NCBI GenBank assembly: GCA_045533905.1
Contig: JAZSIR010000021.1
Span: 1 to 64,000 of the forward strand
DNA length: 64,000 nt
Direction of reading: 5' to 3'
Source of the DNA: Clostridia bacterium
GTDB lineage: Bacteria > Bacillota > Clostridia > UMGS1883 > UMGS1540
How positions within the stretch are numbered: position 1 is the stretch's first letter; each line of letters starts with the position of its first letter. The position numbers were made by a program, and so were the translations under genes. Shown here one piece after another: positions 1 to 11,159 of the stretch. The notes beneath the pieces were generated by a model. That model saw only the letters and a program-made list of their open reading frames with translations. It did not search any database and had not been told where the DNA came from.

Positions 1-1
1 C

Positions 2-2845
2 GGAAACGAGCGGTACGGAAACCGTCTTTTCCTGATTCTTGCGGTTTAAGATAATGAGGTTTACAGCGCCGTCTTTTACGTAGCTGCTCCAGGAAACATC
101 TTCGCTTCTGAAGTTATTGAAGACGGGGTACTTCTCGCTTAGGAAGTAATCAAGAGATTCCTGAACTTCTTCTTTTGCAAATTCCTGCAGATCCGGCCAG
201 AGGTCAGAATCTGCAAGCGTCTTCTGGGACTGGGTTTCGTCCAGTGCGCCGTAGAAGCAGTAGTGGCCTACCGCGTTTGCACCATTCATAAGTGCCTGAT
301 ACCACATATTGCGGACTTCTTTGATGTTCGGGAAGAAGCCGCCGTAGCTGAAGGTCTGGTTCAGCGTCCATGCCGAGCGGCCGTAATCGACAGCCTCTGC
401 CACCTGCAGCGTTGCATCGCCCGGGAAGGAGAGACGGTCAGCCGACTTCGGATACGGGTCGCAGGCCAGAATGTCAACATACTTACCGACCTTTTCGTAG
501 TTTGCAGGCGTATCCTGTACGATGTAAATCAGATGATCCGGGTCATTGTCACGAATCAGCTTGTAGGAATCGTAGAAGAGGTGCCAGGAGTTCGGGAAGT
601 AGAGCGTCGGTTCGTCCATTACCATATAGCCGAGAAGAGCGGGATGATCCTTGAGGTTATTGACAACCTTTACAGTGTTCTCCGCATTGTCCGGATGGCC
701 GGCCGGCTTCATATTCGGGTACATACGAACGAGAACCTTGATGCCGTACTGGTGCGCAATGTTTAAGTAGTCACGGTCTTGCCCTGTACTCTGTACAACG
801 TTTACGCCCATCTTTGCGGCATCGGCAAGCTCTGTTTTACGGACATGGTACAAAAAGACGGGATTTAAGGGCTCGCCATCGACTACGATGGTGCCGTCCT
901 CTTCCATAAGCGCGGGGCGCTTATACTTCATAATCTTCGTCGTTTCCTTGCCCATTTCCGCACCTGCCGCATCCACGGCCGTTACGGTGATGGTATATTC
1001 CACCTTTTCCTGCATAGCATACACGGGGTATTCAACAGAAAGGTTTGTATTCCCTGCGGGATAGAGTGTCTGGGTAAGGAGGGTGGAGCCGTCCTCACCG
1101 GTGATGGCAACGTTTACCGTGCTGTTTTCAATGCCCAGAACGTCCACAGTATTTAAGGCAATGTCGAGTCTGCCGCGTTCTGTGCCGGTGTAGTAGAAAA
1201 TCTTATCGGTTTCCAGATACATCGGGAAAACCGGCTCTCTTACTACCTTGTATACCGAAACATCGTCAAAGTAGAAGTTACCGGGGCTGTATGCACGCGG
1301 ATAGAACTTGATATAGTCACACTCGCACGGCATAGTGAAGCGGCCAACTGCCAAAACCCAGCCGTTTTCGTCGGGCTCGCCAACGAAGTAAGAGGTAGCT
1401 ACGCTGCCGCCGAGGTTGGTATTTACCGCATCGTCATTTGCATACCATTCAATCTTCCAGGTTACACCACTTACCATCTGATTGTCGGTATTAATCCATG
1501 CGCTGAGCTGGTATTCGGCGCCCATATCGAAATACTTGCCGTCCAGGATCTGGTTTGCCCAGGGAGAATTATTTTCAAAGTTGTTAATGTGGAGGGACTT
1601 TGTGCCCGTGTGTGCTTTCTCTTCGGAAATAGAAATGTACTTATTCTCGCCGAAGGGGGTATTCCCATACGGATTCCAGAGGCTGCCACCGTCTTCAAAG
1701 CCGTTGTTATGCACAGTTTCAGTTGCAAAGTCCGGCATCGGTACATAATCGTACTTCACAACCTCTTCCGTTGTCTGCTCTGTCATACCGGAAAGGACCT
1801 TATCATCGTGGTTATAGCCGCCCTTACCGAGAATGGATAAGTTATCAATCACAGTTTCGCCTTCCGTAGCGTAGCAGCGGAGGAGGAAGGATGCAGAAGC
1901 CGCATTGTCCGGCACCTTAAAGGAGAAGGAAGATTCCTCCCATTCGGATTTTACGGAGAAGGCTTTGATGAGGCGGCCTGCAGAGGCGCCGTCCTTATCA
2001 TAATAGTCGAGCGTGATACCGACGGAAGCGTTACCCATCGTCCATGCGGAAGCCAGGTATGTTTCGCCCGCCACGAGTGTGTTGAGGCTTGCGGAAATAT
2101 AGAACGCCTGACCTGTGGCCTTGAATTTCAGTGCGGACTTACCGGAGGGGACTTCACCCTCCTTCACAGCTGTTACGTTCGTGCCGAACGTGCCGTATTT
2201 GATGCCCGGCCAGCCGGCAGGCTGCGAAGCCGTTGCCCAGTATTCAAAGTCGCCATTGATAACGTGCTGTTTGTTATTTTCTTCTGTAAGCACATAGCGT
2301 TCCTTTGCGGTTACGCGCTTACCTTCGAACTTGATATCGTCATAACAAACCTCGGTACCGGGGTTTGTGTTACGGATGAGCATGCTCAGACTGGTCGTGC
2401 CCTTCGGCACCAAAATGGTGAGGGAAACCTCTTCCCACTTCTTGCCGCCGCCGATGCCCTGCATGATGCGCTTGCCGGTTACAGCACCGCCTTCGCCGGT
2501 GAAGTCAATCGTCAGAACGCCGCCGCCCTTAACCCAGGCGGAGAAGGTGTATTCCGTGCCGTCGGCGAGCTCGCCGACGCCCATGGAAAGATATACGGGT
2601 GCTTCTTTTGCAACGAGCTTGATAGCGCCGTTTCCGTTTTTAGCATCCTCGCCTTCAAGGCGGATAAAGTTTTCGCCAACTGTGCCGCCCTTCATACCCC
2701 AACCGCTCGGGGAACCATCGGCACCCCAGGCTTCAAAGTCGCCGTTATTCAGGAAGGAATAGGGCTTCTCTTCGGCCGCAAGTGCGGGAACTGTCATTAC
2801 AAGCAGCAGAATGGAAAGGAAAAGTGCAATACTCTTTTTTATCAT
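2..2845 (-). CDS. Large secreted modular glycoside hydrolase-like protein (three CBM4/9-like domains, Ig-like linker, clan GH-A-like barrel); 3' end runs off the window
   Basis: Not in the ORF track because it is truncated. Manual translation from ATG 2845 (GAGG RBS): signal peptide MIKKSIALFLSILLLVMTVPALA, three N(G/N)DFE/NNGFE...SAW...DD-type repeats, then LKDHPALLGYMVMDEP and VDILACDPYP. Frame stays open to the window edge. Confidence 0.75.
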   Translation of the reverse strand, partial: MIKKSIALFLSILLLVMTVPALAAEEKPYSFLNNGDFEAWGADGSPSGWGMKGGTVGENFIRLEGEDAKNGNGAIKLVAKEAPVYLSMGVGELADGTEYTFSAWVKGGGVLTIDFTGEGGAVTGKRIMQGIGGGKKWEEVSLTILVPKGTTSLSMLIRNTNPGTEVCYDDIKFEGKRVTAKERYVLTEENNKQHVINGDFEYWATASQPAGWPGIKYGTFGTNVTAVKEGEVPSGKSALKFKATGQAFYISASLNTLVAGETYLASAWTMGNASVGITLDYYDKDGASAGRLIKAFSVKSEWEESSFSFKVPDNAASASFLLRCYATEGETVIDNLSILGKGGYNHDDKVLSGMTEQTTEEVVKYDYVPMPDFATETVHNNGFEDGGSLWNPYGNTPFGENKYISISEEKAHTGTKSLHINNFENNSPWANQILDGKYFDMGAEYQLSAWINTDNQMVSGVTWKIEWYANDDAVNTNLGGSVATSYFVGEPDENGWVLAVGRFTMPCECDYIKFYPRAYSPGNFYFDDVSVYKVVREPVFPMYLETDKIFYYTGTERGRLDIALNTVDVLGIENSTVNVAITGEDGSTLLTQTLYPAGNTNLSVEYPVYAMQEKVEYTITVTAVDAAGAEMGKETTKIMKYKRPALMEEDGTIVVDGEPLNPVFLYHVRKTELADAAKMGVNVVQSTGQDRDYLNIAHQYGIKVLVRMYPNMKPAGHPDNAENTVKVVNNLKDHPALLGYMVMDEPTLYFPNSWHLFYDSYKLIRDNDPDHLIYIVQDTPANYEKVGKYVDILACDPYPKSADRLSFPGDATLQVAEAVDYGRSAWTLNQTFSYGGFFPNIKEVRNMWYQALMNGANAVGHYCFYGALDETQSQKTLADSDLWPDLQEFAKEEVQESLDYFLSEKYPVFNNFRSEDVSWSSYVKDGAVNLIILNRKNQEKTVSVPLVS

Positions 2846-2894
2846 GGCTTGTTTCCTCTTATTTATAGATTTTGTCTCTCTTAACTGTCAGAAT

Positions 2895-4274
2895 TTACAG
2901 CGCTGCAATCTGCTCCATAGACATTACGCCGTTTGCAGTTTCATATCTGAATACGCGGATGGCATAGTTGCCGCCATCATTCGGAACATCAAAGGTTGCC
3001 GTGAGTGCGATCGGCTTTTCGTACTGGCCTTCGCGAGCGGCATATACTGTGAACGGATTGCCATCCAGTACGCTTACACCCTTCAGAATGAGAACGCCGT
3101 TTACATCTTCGTAAAGAGCGACAATTCTTGTCTTAGCAACGGGTGCAGCGGGATTGCACTGTTCTGTGATAGAAACCGTTACATCGCCGGAAACGCCGGA
3201 AAAGTCTGTGATTTCTTCTCCGTTATTATAGAATGCAACGCTATCCACTATCTTTGTAAGGGAAACATCGTCAATGAAATAGGCTGCATCTTCGCCGTGA
3301 GCATCTGTGAGACCCGTGGGCATTGTGAATGTCAGATATGCGCTGTAGCCCTGGTAGCCTCTGAAATCATACACGATAGTGTTCCAGTCGTTATTCGAAA
3401 CAGCCGGAATGTATTCAGTAGACAAAGTACCCTTCGGGCCGCCAACTCTGGTAAGATACCAACCGGTAGGCGCAGCACCCAAACTCATAAATGTCGTCGT
3501 GGTGTTATAGGTAAACGAGAACTGGGGTGCTACTGCAGTTGTTGCCGTAGTCTTAAAGCGGAAGGAAAGGCGGTAAGCAGCCTTATGTTCCGGGAAAGTG
3601 AAATCGCTAGTTCTTGCAATGGAAGTATCCGTTGCATCTGCCGGGCAGGTTGCCTGCAGCGCGGCGTCTACAAGTGCTGCGTTTTCGCCAAGCGTCCAAC
3701 CGGCTGTATGGCCGGAAAAACTGCCGTTTGCACCAATAATATTTGTCTTTTCAACAAGCTTCATATCCGCCATTTTGAACGCTGATAAGTTGCTAGAATC
3801 GGGACGAGTCGTCAAGGTCAGCGTTACCTTGGCATCTTGTGCCGCACCTGCCGGTCTTGCCGGCATAGTGATGGTGGTCTCAGCGTAGCCCCACGCCTCT
3901 TGTACGCCAGGGTTCAGACCTGCCCATCTGCTGAGGCCAAGCGCGCTATAATTGGCCACTTCAAAAGTCAGGCTTGTATTACCGGTTAAATAGAGCCAGC
4001 CGCTTAATACGTATGTTTTGCCATAGTCAAGCTGCATCATCGGAAGGGCGAACTTGGTGGCATTGCTGAGAACTTTGCCGTCATACCCCGCGTACGGTGC
4101 CTCTTCCGCTGTGGGAACAGATACGGTGTACTTTGGCCAACCGTCTGCCTGTACAAAAGTCTTGCCGCTCTTGATGTAGTTTACCTCTTCTGCGGCAGAT
4201 ACCGGCAGAGCGATAAGCATCGTTGCCATCATAGCCAGTACCAATACGGTACTAAGAATTTTTCTGCATTTCAT
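2895..4274 (-). CDS. Secreted protein with carbohydrate-binding-like beta-sandwich domains
   Basis: Start re-called at ATG 4274 (AAGGAG RBS). Signal peptide MKCRKILSTVLVLAMMATMLIALPVSA; NIIGANGSF...YFIDDVSL resembles CBM4/9. Confidence 0.65.
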   Translation of the reverse strand: MKCRKILSTVLVLAMMATMLIALPVSAAEEVNYIKSGKTFVQADGWPKYTVSVPTAEEAPYAGYDGKVLSNATKFALPMMQLDYGKTYVLSGWLYLTGNTSLTFEVANYSALGLSRWAGLNPGVQEAWGYAETTITMPARPAGAAQDAKVTLTLTTRPDSSNLSAFKMADMKLVEKTNIIGANGSFSGHTAGWTLGENAALVDAALQATCPADATDTSIARTSDFTFPEHKAAYRLSFRFKTTATTAVAPQFSFTYNTTTTFMSLGAAPTGWYLTRVGGPKGTLSTEYIPAVSNNDWNTIVYDFRGYQGYSAYLTFTMPTGLTDAHGEDAAYFIDDVSLTKIVDSVAFYNNGEEITDFSGVSGDVTVSITEQCNPAAPVAKTRIVALYEDVNGVLILKGVSVLDGNPFTVYAAREGQYEKPIALTATFDVPNDGGNYAIRVFRYETANGVMSMEQIAAL

Positions 4275-4518
4275 TGATATGCATCTCCTTTTCAGATATT
4301 TCACCCAATACTGGTTTACTTTCATTATAGCAAGAGTTCACCTCTTTCGCAATAGCACATTTTTAGAAGTTATTTACTATTAATTTATAAAAATTGCCAC
4401 TTGAAAATTGTATGCAATTATGTTAAAATACCAATGAAGAAATACAGCTTCTATTGGCACTTAATTTTTCAATAAATGCAATATTGCCAATATAAAATTC
4501 CCGAGGAGGCTTTTTTCT

Positions 4519-5436
4519 ATGACAAGGAAAATTTTTGAACTGAATCCGAGCGACTATTTTATGAACGATGAGAATGTATATGTACATTCTGTTTTCGTCA
4601 CGCCTGAGCAGCTCCGGCACAATACTTCGCGCTTTGACGGCAAGTTCCATCGCGATCGGTATATTTCCTTTTTATATGTAGCGTCGGGGCAGGCTACGGA
4701 AATCGTCGGTGATGAGGCGATTGAAATCAAGAAGGGGGATCTTCTCTTCCTAAATCACGATGTGCCGCACGCCACCTTCTTTAATAAAACAGACAAAACG
4801 CCCTTCCTTTATTATCAGATTATTTTCGTGCCGGAATTTTTAGGCGTTGCGCCCGAGCACGGGCGCGCCTATGAGGCGCTTTGCCATTCGTGGCTACTGG
4901 ACGAGCATTTAGGGCTTCGCGATTTCGGCAATCCCTCGTTTGTGCTTCTGCACCCGAAGTCGGATATGCTTTCGCTCTTCAAAAAGATGAATAATGAATA
5001 CATTCTCCGCAAAAGCGGCTTCCTTTCGATTATCCGTTCGGAGCTGACGGAGCTTATAACGAAATTCCACCGCGAGCTCTTGCCGAATTCGCAGATTAAC
5101 TACCATCAGCAAAAGGCGGTGGACAATCTCATCTTATACCTTGAAACGAATTATGCCGACGCAAGTCTTGATATTGACGCGTATCTTGCGAACCTCTACA
5201 TCAGCAAGAACTACTTCAAGCAGATTTTCAAGAAGGCCACCGGCAAGTCCATCACGGCGTACCTTGTACATATCCGCCTCATCCGCGCCTGCGAAATGCT
5301 CCGCAATTTCGACCTTTCGATTACGGAGACGGCCGCGCGCTGCGGCTTCGGCGATATGAAGAGCTTCTACCGCTCGTTTAAGAACACCGTCGGGATGTTG
5401 CCGAGCGAATTCAGAAATAAAGAAAAAATAAACTAA
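4519..5436 (+). CDS. AraC-family transcriptional regulator
   Basis: Cupin N-terminus (FHRD..FLYVASGQA) and C-terminal double HTH (LSITETAARCGFGDMKSFYRSFK); GAGGAGG RBS. Confidence 0.93.
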   Translation: MTRKIFELNPSDYFMNDENVYVHSVFVTPEQLRHNTSRFDGKFHRDRYISFLYVASGQATEIVGDEAIEIKKGDLLFLNHDVPHATFFNKTDKTPFLYYQIIFVPEFLGVAPEHGRAYEALCHSWLLDEHLGLRDFGNPSFVLLHPKSDMLSLFKKMNNEYILRKSGFLSIIRSELTELITKFHRELLPNSQINYHQQKAVDNLILYLETNYADASLDIDAYLANLYISKNYFKQIFKKATGKSITAYLVHIRLIRACEMLRNFDLSITETAARCGFGDMKSFYRSFKNTVGMLPSEFRNKEKIN

Positions 5437-5476
5437 AGCACGCGAAGCATCGCATGCGTAAAAGCGAGTATATCAC

Positions 5477-5520
5477 AAAAAGGGACTGTAAAAAACAAAA
5501 GTTTTTTACAGTCCCTTTTA
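5477..5520. terminator. Bidirectional intrinsic terminator
   Basis: AAAAGGGACTGTAAAAAAC...GTTTTTTACAGTCCCTTTT inverted repeat between convergent genes. Confidence 0.85.
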
Positions 5521-7362
5521 TTATGCTTTTATCCAGATTTCGTAGGCCGAATCGGCGTTCCAGGTGAGGCCTGCGCTTGCAAAGTCGATAAGCGTTACCG
5601 TCTCGCCCCCCGAAAGGGTGATGCGCAGTTTCAGCTGTGCCGTATCGTCCGGCAGGATTTCTGCCTTCTCGACAACGTCAATCTCCGTCGGCATTTTGGT
5701 ATCGGGTACCGACAGGGAAAGCGGTTTTCCTGCATTTTCATCAAAGCGGATATCGCGCGCTAAAACTGCGGCGCCGCGTTTGAAGGCTACATAGCCGCGA
5801 AGGGCATATGCCTTAACTTCCAAGGGGAACAGAATTTCCACCACATCGCCACTTTTCCATTCGCGGCGTACTGTGATATACCCACCGCCTGCGGCTTCCA
5901 TTTCTTCGCCGCATACGCGCACCGTGGCCTTTTCGCACCACGCGGGGATGCGGAAAGCAACAGCGAAGGTGCCTTTCGCCTCCCTGAAGCGAATTTTGAC
6001 TGCGCCATCATACGGATACGCCGTATCTACTTCTATTTCAGCCTTCTTCCCTTCTTTTTCAAAGGAAAGCGTGCCTTTCTGATACGTCTGGAATGCAAGG
6101 CCCTCTTCATTTTCCATTACGGTGAACAAAGCACCGATGCCAAGCCCCGCCGAGCCGATGGAGCCGCAGCAGCCATAGAACTTGCCGTGGTCCAGCGTGC
6201 GGATGCCGCCGATGCCGCGGGCACGAGTGCCGAATGTAAGTGCGGTGTAGCTGTCAAACGGCATACCGCCGTTTTCGGGAGCGTTTTCAAAATTGACTGC
6301 GCCGAGCATCGCATTATAAAGGCTCTTTTCCACTTCCTCAAAAAGTGATGCATCACCCGTGAGCACCGCTACGCGGTAGGCAAGCTTCATCCACGTTACC
6401 GTAACGCAGGTTTCCTGCATAATCGGGTGCGTGCTCGTGCTTTGCTTTTTGGTGCAGCCGTCAAAAATTTCTTCTTCACTGCCGCAGTTGCCGATGATGG
6501 AAAGCTCCATCTCGCAGATACGGCGCACGAAATTGCATACGACCTTTTCCCATCTCTTTTCGCCCGTTACGAGGGAATATTCCAGAAGCCCTTCGAAGCA
6601 CGACATATCCTCATACGCTTTTTTGATGGGATACTCGTGCGGGTACAGTTCATCCTTTTCAGCAAGGAGGAACATATTTTCCCCGCCGCCGTTTGTATTT
6701 TCCACAATATAGGTTGCAAAATCGAGATACTTTTTCTCGTTTGTATGCTTATACAACCAGACTACCGGCTCTAAAACGCTGCAGGAATTGTTGCCGCCCC
6801 AGACGTTACTCGTATCGCAAATGGCCATTTTGCCGGGGCCGATTTTTTCCATAAGACCATCCGCCTCACGGCGCACGGCATCCAGAATTTCTGCTTTGAG
6901 TGCTTCATCGCGGCAGATATCATAAAAATACGCAAAGCCGAGCATTACGTACTTTCTGCACCAAACGTCCCACCGGAAAAGTTCGTTATCCATTGCATAG
7001 GTGGAATAGATGCCATCCTCACGCGTGACAGGGAGAAGCAGGCGCGCGGCCCCTTCGAGTGCAGAATATAAAGCCTCATCGCGGGTGTATGTATAAATGA
7101 TAACACCGCCACGAATCATTTTGCCCCAATATTCACCGCGCCAGCCGCCATCAAAGGTATCCGACAACGTCCGAAACGGGTTTATAAATGAGTTCCAAAT
7201 GTCCCTCCGCATATGCTGACGGCGAACTACAAGCTCAATGCTCTTCTGCAGACGCCCTTCGAGCGTGCTCTTGCCGGAAAGCGGAGAAAGCTTTCCTGCT
7301 GCCTTATTATATGCCCATATGTTCTCTGTCACAAGCACACATCCTATTCCATATGTATTCAT
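5521..7362 (-). CDS. GH127 beta-L-arabinofuranosidase-like glycoside hydrolase
   Basis: Motifs WRGEYWGK, KAYE, ETCVTVTWM, YNAMLGA, GCCGSIG, TAYPYDG, FRIPAW, RxWKSGD. Confidence 0.85.
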   Translation of the reverse strand: MNTYGIGCVLVTENIWAYNKAAGKLSPLSGKSTLEGRLQKSIELVVRRQHMRRDIWNSFINPFRTLSDTFDGGWRGEYWGKMIRGGVIIYTYTRDEALYSALEGAARLLLPVTREDGIYSTYAMDNELFRWDVWCRKYVMLGFAYFYDICRDEALKAEILDAVRREADGLMEKIGPGKMAICDTSNVWGGNNSCSVLEPVVWLYKHTNEKKYLDFATYIVENTNGGGENMFLLAEKDELYPHEYPIKKAYEDMSCFEGLLEYSLVTGEKRWEKVVCNFVRRICEMELSIIGNCGSEEEIFDGCTKKQSTSTHPIMQETCVTVTWMKLAYRVAVLTGDASLFEEVEKSLYNAMLGAVNFENAPENGGMPFDSYTALTFGTRARGIGGIRTLDHGKFYGCCGSIGSAGLGIGALFTVMENEEGLAFQTYQKGTLSFEKEGKKAEIEVDTAYPYDGAVKIRFREAKGTFAVAFRIPAWCEKATVRVCGEEMEAAGGGYITVRREWKSGDVVEILFPLEVKAYALRGYVAFKRGAAVLARDIRFDENAGKPLSLSVPDTKMPTEIDVVEKAEILPDDTAQLKLRITLSGGETVTLIDFASAGLTWNADSAYEIWIKA

Positions 7363-7512
7363 CTCATTTTAACATAAGGCCCTTCCGGTTACAAGGTCAA
7401 AAAAACAGATGTTTTTAGTTCGTTTTATTTAAAAAAGCCATTTCCCGCGCCTTTTCGAGGTTTTGCGCTACATATAAAAAGCGGCCGCATCGCGGCCTCT
7501 TTCTTTGTTTTG

Positions 7513-9174
7513 TTATTCTGCTTTTTCGAGAGCGAGGGTGCGGGTTGTAAGGTCGCAAACCTCGGCAGGGCCGTAATACTGAATGGCGCCCGGATATACA
7601 TACGAGGTTTCGATTGCCCAAGTGTCTCTCTTCGATTCGAAGAACTTGAAGGGCTTGCCGTCAAGCTCGACAAGTGCTTTACGGATAACCGGCTTATCTT
7701 CGCCGTGTCTTCTTTCGATGTTCATCATCTTCGTGATCGGCATACCGCCTGCTACCCATTCAGTTGCGGGCTTCGAGAGATTCGAAATCTTGGAAAGGTA
7801 GCCGTTGTAGCCGTACTGAATCAGCATAAATGCATTGTAGCCGAGGGAGTAGCAGTAGTCTGCATCAAAGTTCGACGGGAATGCACAGCGGCCTTCATAG
7901 CCAAGGAAGTGATGGAGCGGCGAGAATTTGCCGCTGTATTCGCCTGCCTTTTTGCGAGCGGCGAGCTTGTCTGCAACGAGAGCGGAGAACAGCTTTTCGG
8001 ATTCGATGAGCGAAACCTGTACGTTTCCGTGCGGGTCACGTTCGAGGAAGAGCTGCTGCTGAATGCCCTGCGGCAAAATGGCGAATACTTCCATAGAAGC
8101 CGGGGTAAGGCCCTTTTCAATGAAAGCATACTTATCTGCCCAGGTGGGAAGTGCATTAAATTCGTCAGCGCGGCTGCCGGCGAGAAGCTCATTGATTTCG
8201 GCAATGAGTACGGCAAATTCGGGAACGAATTCTACAACGCCTTCGGGGATAATGGCAACACCGAAGTTCATACCGCGTGCGGCGCGACCGGCTACGGAGT
8301 CAGCAATATAATCGGCAATCTGGGAGAGGGACATTTTCTTTTCTGCTACTTCTTCGGAAATGAGGCAGATGTTCGGCTGTGTTTCGAGTGCACATTCAAG
8401 TGCTACGTGAGAAGCCGAACGGCCCATAACCTTTACAAAGTGCCAGTATTTCTTTGCGGAGTTTGCGTCTCTTTCGATGTTACCGATGAGCTCGCTGTAT
8501 GTTTTGGTTGCGGTGTCGAAACCGAAAGAACATTCGATATCTTCATTCTTAAGGTCACCGTCAATCGTCTTCGGGCAACCGATTACCTGTACGCCCGTGT
8601 TGTTTGCGGCAAAGTATTCGGCGAGAACGGCGGCGTTGGTGTTCGAGTCGTCACCACCGATGATAACAACAGCGGTAATGCCGTGCTTTTTGCAAACTTC
8701 GGCAACAACGGCGAACTGTTCGGGGGTTTCGAGCTTCGTTCTGCCGGAGCCGATAATATCAAAACCGCCGGTGTTTCTGTATGCATCAATATAGGCATCA
8801 TCAAAGATGATGTAGCTATCTTCGAGCAGACCGCTCGGACCGCCCTTAAAGCCGTACAGTACGTTTTCGGGGTTTGTGGACTTTAATGCGTCATAAAGAC
8901 CGCAGATAACGTTGTGACCGCCGGGAGCCTGTCCGCCCGAAAGGATAACGCCTACTACCTGCTTTTTCGCTTCCGAAGTGTTTTCACCCTTCTTGAAAAC
9001 GATTTCCTTTTTACCGTAGGTGTTCGGGAACAGTGCCTGGATCTTTTCGCAATCTGCTACGCTCTTTGTCTCTGCACCTTCCGAAACGCTGATTTCAGCA
9101 ATACCGCCGCGGAGCATCTGCGGCAGCTTCGGTGCATATTCGTATCTTGCTTTTTGTAACGATGATAATTCCAT
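7513..9174 (-). CDS. pfp: Pyrophosphate-dependent phosphofructokinase
   Basis: [34 protein letters not shown] motifs of long-clade PPi-PFK. Confidence 0.96.
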   Translation of the reverse strand: MELSSLQKARYEYAPKLPQMLRGGIAEISVSEGAETKSVADCEKIQALFPNTYGKKEIVFKKGENTSEAKKQVVGVILSGGQAPGGHNVICGLYDALKSTNPENVLYGFKGGPSGLLEDSYIIFDDAYIDAYRNTGGFDIIGSGRTKLETPEQFAVVAEVCKKHGITAVVIIGGDDSNTNAAVLAEYFAANNTGVQVIGCPKTIDGDLKNEDIECSFGFDTATKTYSELIGNIERDANSAKKYWHFVKVMGRSASHVALECALETQPNICLISEEVAEKKMSLSQIADYIADSVAGRAARGMNFGVAIIPEGVVEFVPEFAVLIAEINELLAGSRADEFNALPTWADKYAFIEKGLTPASMEVFAILPQGIQQQLFLERDPHGNVQVSLIESEKLFSALVADKLAARKKAGEYSGKFSPLHHFLGYEGRCAFPSNFDADYCYSLGYNAFMLIQYGYNGYLSKISNLSKPATEWVAGGMPITKMMNIERRHGEDKPVIRKALVELDGKPFKFFESKRDTWAIETSYVYPGAIQYYGPAEVCDLTTRTLALEKAE

Positions 9175-9253
9175 GTTCTCGTCTCCTTATCCATTTTTTG
9201 TATATGGTGTTATTATATCACAGCCCAGAGGAAAAGTAAAGAGCCATATAAAA

Positions 9254-9484
9254 TTATTTGTACTGCTTCTCCCCTGCCAAAATCATCATTTTTTCAGGAT
9301 GTGCCAAAACTTCGGGCTTTTCTACGGTTTCTTCCCATTTTTCAGGGGCGATGGCTTCAATGGAAACGGAAACTGCCTCCTTCGGGCATCCCCATTCTTC
9401 CAAAAAGACATCGAGGATTCTCTCGGCTACTCTTTTTTTCGTTTCTTCGTCCTTCGGGTAGCCTTTTACAGCGATATACGGCAT
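9254..9484 (-). CDS. 4-oxalocrotonate tautomerase family protein
   Basis: Start re-called at ATG 9484 behind AGGAGGAG; N-terminal MPYIAVKGYP gives the catalytic Pro1. Confidence 0.85.
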   Translation of the reverse strand: MPYIAVKGYPKDEETKKRVAERILDVFLEEWGCPKEAVSVSIEAIAPEKWEETVEKPEVLAHPEKMMILAGEKQYK

Positions 9485-9546
9485 ACTAACTCCTCCTATG
9501 TTTACAAAAAGGGCACAGCCGGAGGCCATGCCCTTCTTTCTTTTTC

Positions 9547-10737
9547 TTAGCCAAATACAGCAAGCAGGAAGCCTGCAGCAACGGCAGAACCGATAACACC
9601 GGCAACGTTCGGGCCCATAGCGTGCATGAGCAAGAAGTTTGCGGGGTTTGCTTTCTGGCCAACCGTCTGCGCAACGCGTGCGGCCATCGGAACGGCGGAA
9701 ACGCCTGCAGAGCCGATAAGCGGATTGATTTTACCGCGCGAAACTTTGTACATAATCTGGCCGATCAAAAGACCGCCGAATGTAGCAAAGCAGAAGGCCA
9801 TAAGACCGAGAACAACAATCTTTAAGGTTTCCAGCTGCAGGAATGTGTCATATCTTGCAGTGGCACCTACGGAGATGCTGAGGAAAATCGTTACGATGTT
9901 CATAAGGTTATTCTGCGCCGTGTCGGAAAGACGGTCGGTAACGCCACATTCTTTAAGAAGGTTACCAAGCATAAGGCAACCGAGAAGCGGAGCTACAGAA
10001 GGCAGAATGAGACACGTTACGATAGTAACCATAATCGGGAACACGATTTTTTCCGTCTTGGAAACGGGACGAAGCTGTTCCATTTTAATCTGGCGCTGTT
10101 TTTCCGTGGTCATCAGCTTCATGATCGGCGGCTGAATGAGCGGAATGAGCGCCATGTAGGAATAGGCTGCGATTGCAATCGGTGCAAGAAGTTCCGGCTT
10201 CAACGTTTTGGTAAGCCAGATTGCGGTCGGGCCGTCAGCACCGCCGATGATACCGATGGAAGCGGCTGCCTGCGGGTCAAACCCGAGAAGGATTGCAACC
10301 ACGAGTGCGAAGTAAATACCAAACTGTGCGCCTGCGCCCATGAGCATGGACTTCGGGTTTGCAATCATGGGGCCAAAGTCGGTCATCGCACCTACACCAA
10401 GGAAAATGAGCGACGGGTAAAGACCGGTTTTAACGCCAATGTACAGAAGGTCTAAAAGACCGCCGTGACGGAGAACTTCTGCATAATCAATGTCACCTGC
10501 AGTCTGCCAGTAAGACGGCGTATATACGCCGGAAAGCGGCAGGTTTGTAAGAAGCATACCGAACGCAATACCTACAAGGAGAAGCGGCTCGAACTTCTTC
10601 ACAATACCGAGATACAGGAGTACGCAGGAGAGGAGAATCATGATGAGCTGCAAAATGCCGCCCTCAAAAAACCCGTTTACAATCTGCGCAATACCGGAAG
10701 TTTCCCAGATTTTTGCGAGTGTACCTAAAATATCCAT
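9547..10737 (-). CDS. oadB: Na+-translocating decarboxylase beta subunit
   Basis: GAMTDFGP, IGIIGGADGPT, AAYSYMAL, NPLIGSAGVSAVPMAAR, HAMGPNVAG. Confidence 0.95.
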   Translation of the reverse strand: MDILGTLAKIWETSGIAQIVNGFFEGGILQLIMILLSCVLLYLGIVKKFEPLLLVGIAFGMLLTNLPLSGVYTPSYWQTAGDIDYAEVLRHGGLLDLLYIGVKTGLYPSLIFLGVGAMTDFGPMIANPKSMLMGAGAQFGIYFALVVAILLGFDPQAAASIGIIGGADGPTAIWLTKTLKPELLAPIAIAAYSYMALIPLIQPPIMKLMTTEKQRQIKMEQLRPVSKTEKIVFPIMVTIVTCLILPSVAPLLGCLMLGNLLKECGVTDRLSDTAQNNLMNIVTIFLSISVGATARYDTFLQLETLKIVVLGLMAFCFATFGGLLIGQIMYKVSRGKINPLIGSAGVSAVPMAARVAQTVGQKANPANFLLMHAMGPNVAGVIGSAVAAGFLLAVFG

Positions 10738-10750
10738 TGTATGCGCCTCC

Positions 10751-11143
10751 TTATGCGATTACAAGAAGCGGCGCGCCACTGTCAACGGTTGCACCCTTGG
10801 AAGCGACAACCTGAGAAACGGTGCCGTCCTTCGGGGCAAGGATTTCGTTTTCCATCTTCATAGCTTCGATAATAGCTACGAGCTGACCTGCCTTTACGGC
10901 GGCGCCCTGTGTAACCTTAATATCTACAACTGTGCCCGGAAGCGGAGAAGTAACTACTTCGCCACTGCCTGTTACGGCTGCGGGAGCCGGTGCGGCTGCC
11001 GGAGCGGGTGCTGCGGCCGGTGCCGGTGCGGCTGCAGGTGCAGCAGCGGGTGCTGCTGCATCATATTCAGCGGCTACGATAGCTTCGCCCTTTTCTACTT
11101 CGATTTCATATGTTTTACCGTTTAAAGTTACTTTGTATTTCAT
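10751..11143 (-). CDS. Biotin carboxyl carrier protein of the decarboxylase
   Basis: EAMKM biotinylation motif after an Ala/Pro linker. Confidence 0.95.
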   Translation of the reverse strand: MKYKVTLNGKTYEIEVEKGEAIVAAEYDAAAPAAAPAAAPAPAAAPAPAAAPAPAAVTGSGEVVTSPLPGTVVDIKVTQGAAVKAGQLVAIIEAMKMENEILAPKDGTVSQVVASKGATVDSGAPLLVIA

Positions 11144-11159
11144 TTTCTTCTCTTCCTTT

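Noticed and set aside
10975-11060. GC-rich tandem repeat
   Set aside because: It is the ordinary Ala/Pro linker of the biotin carrier protein.
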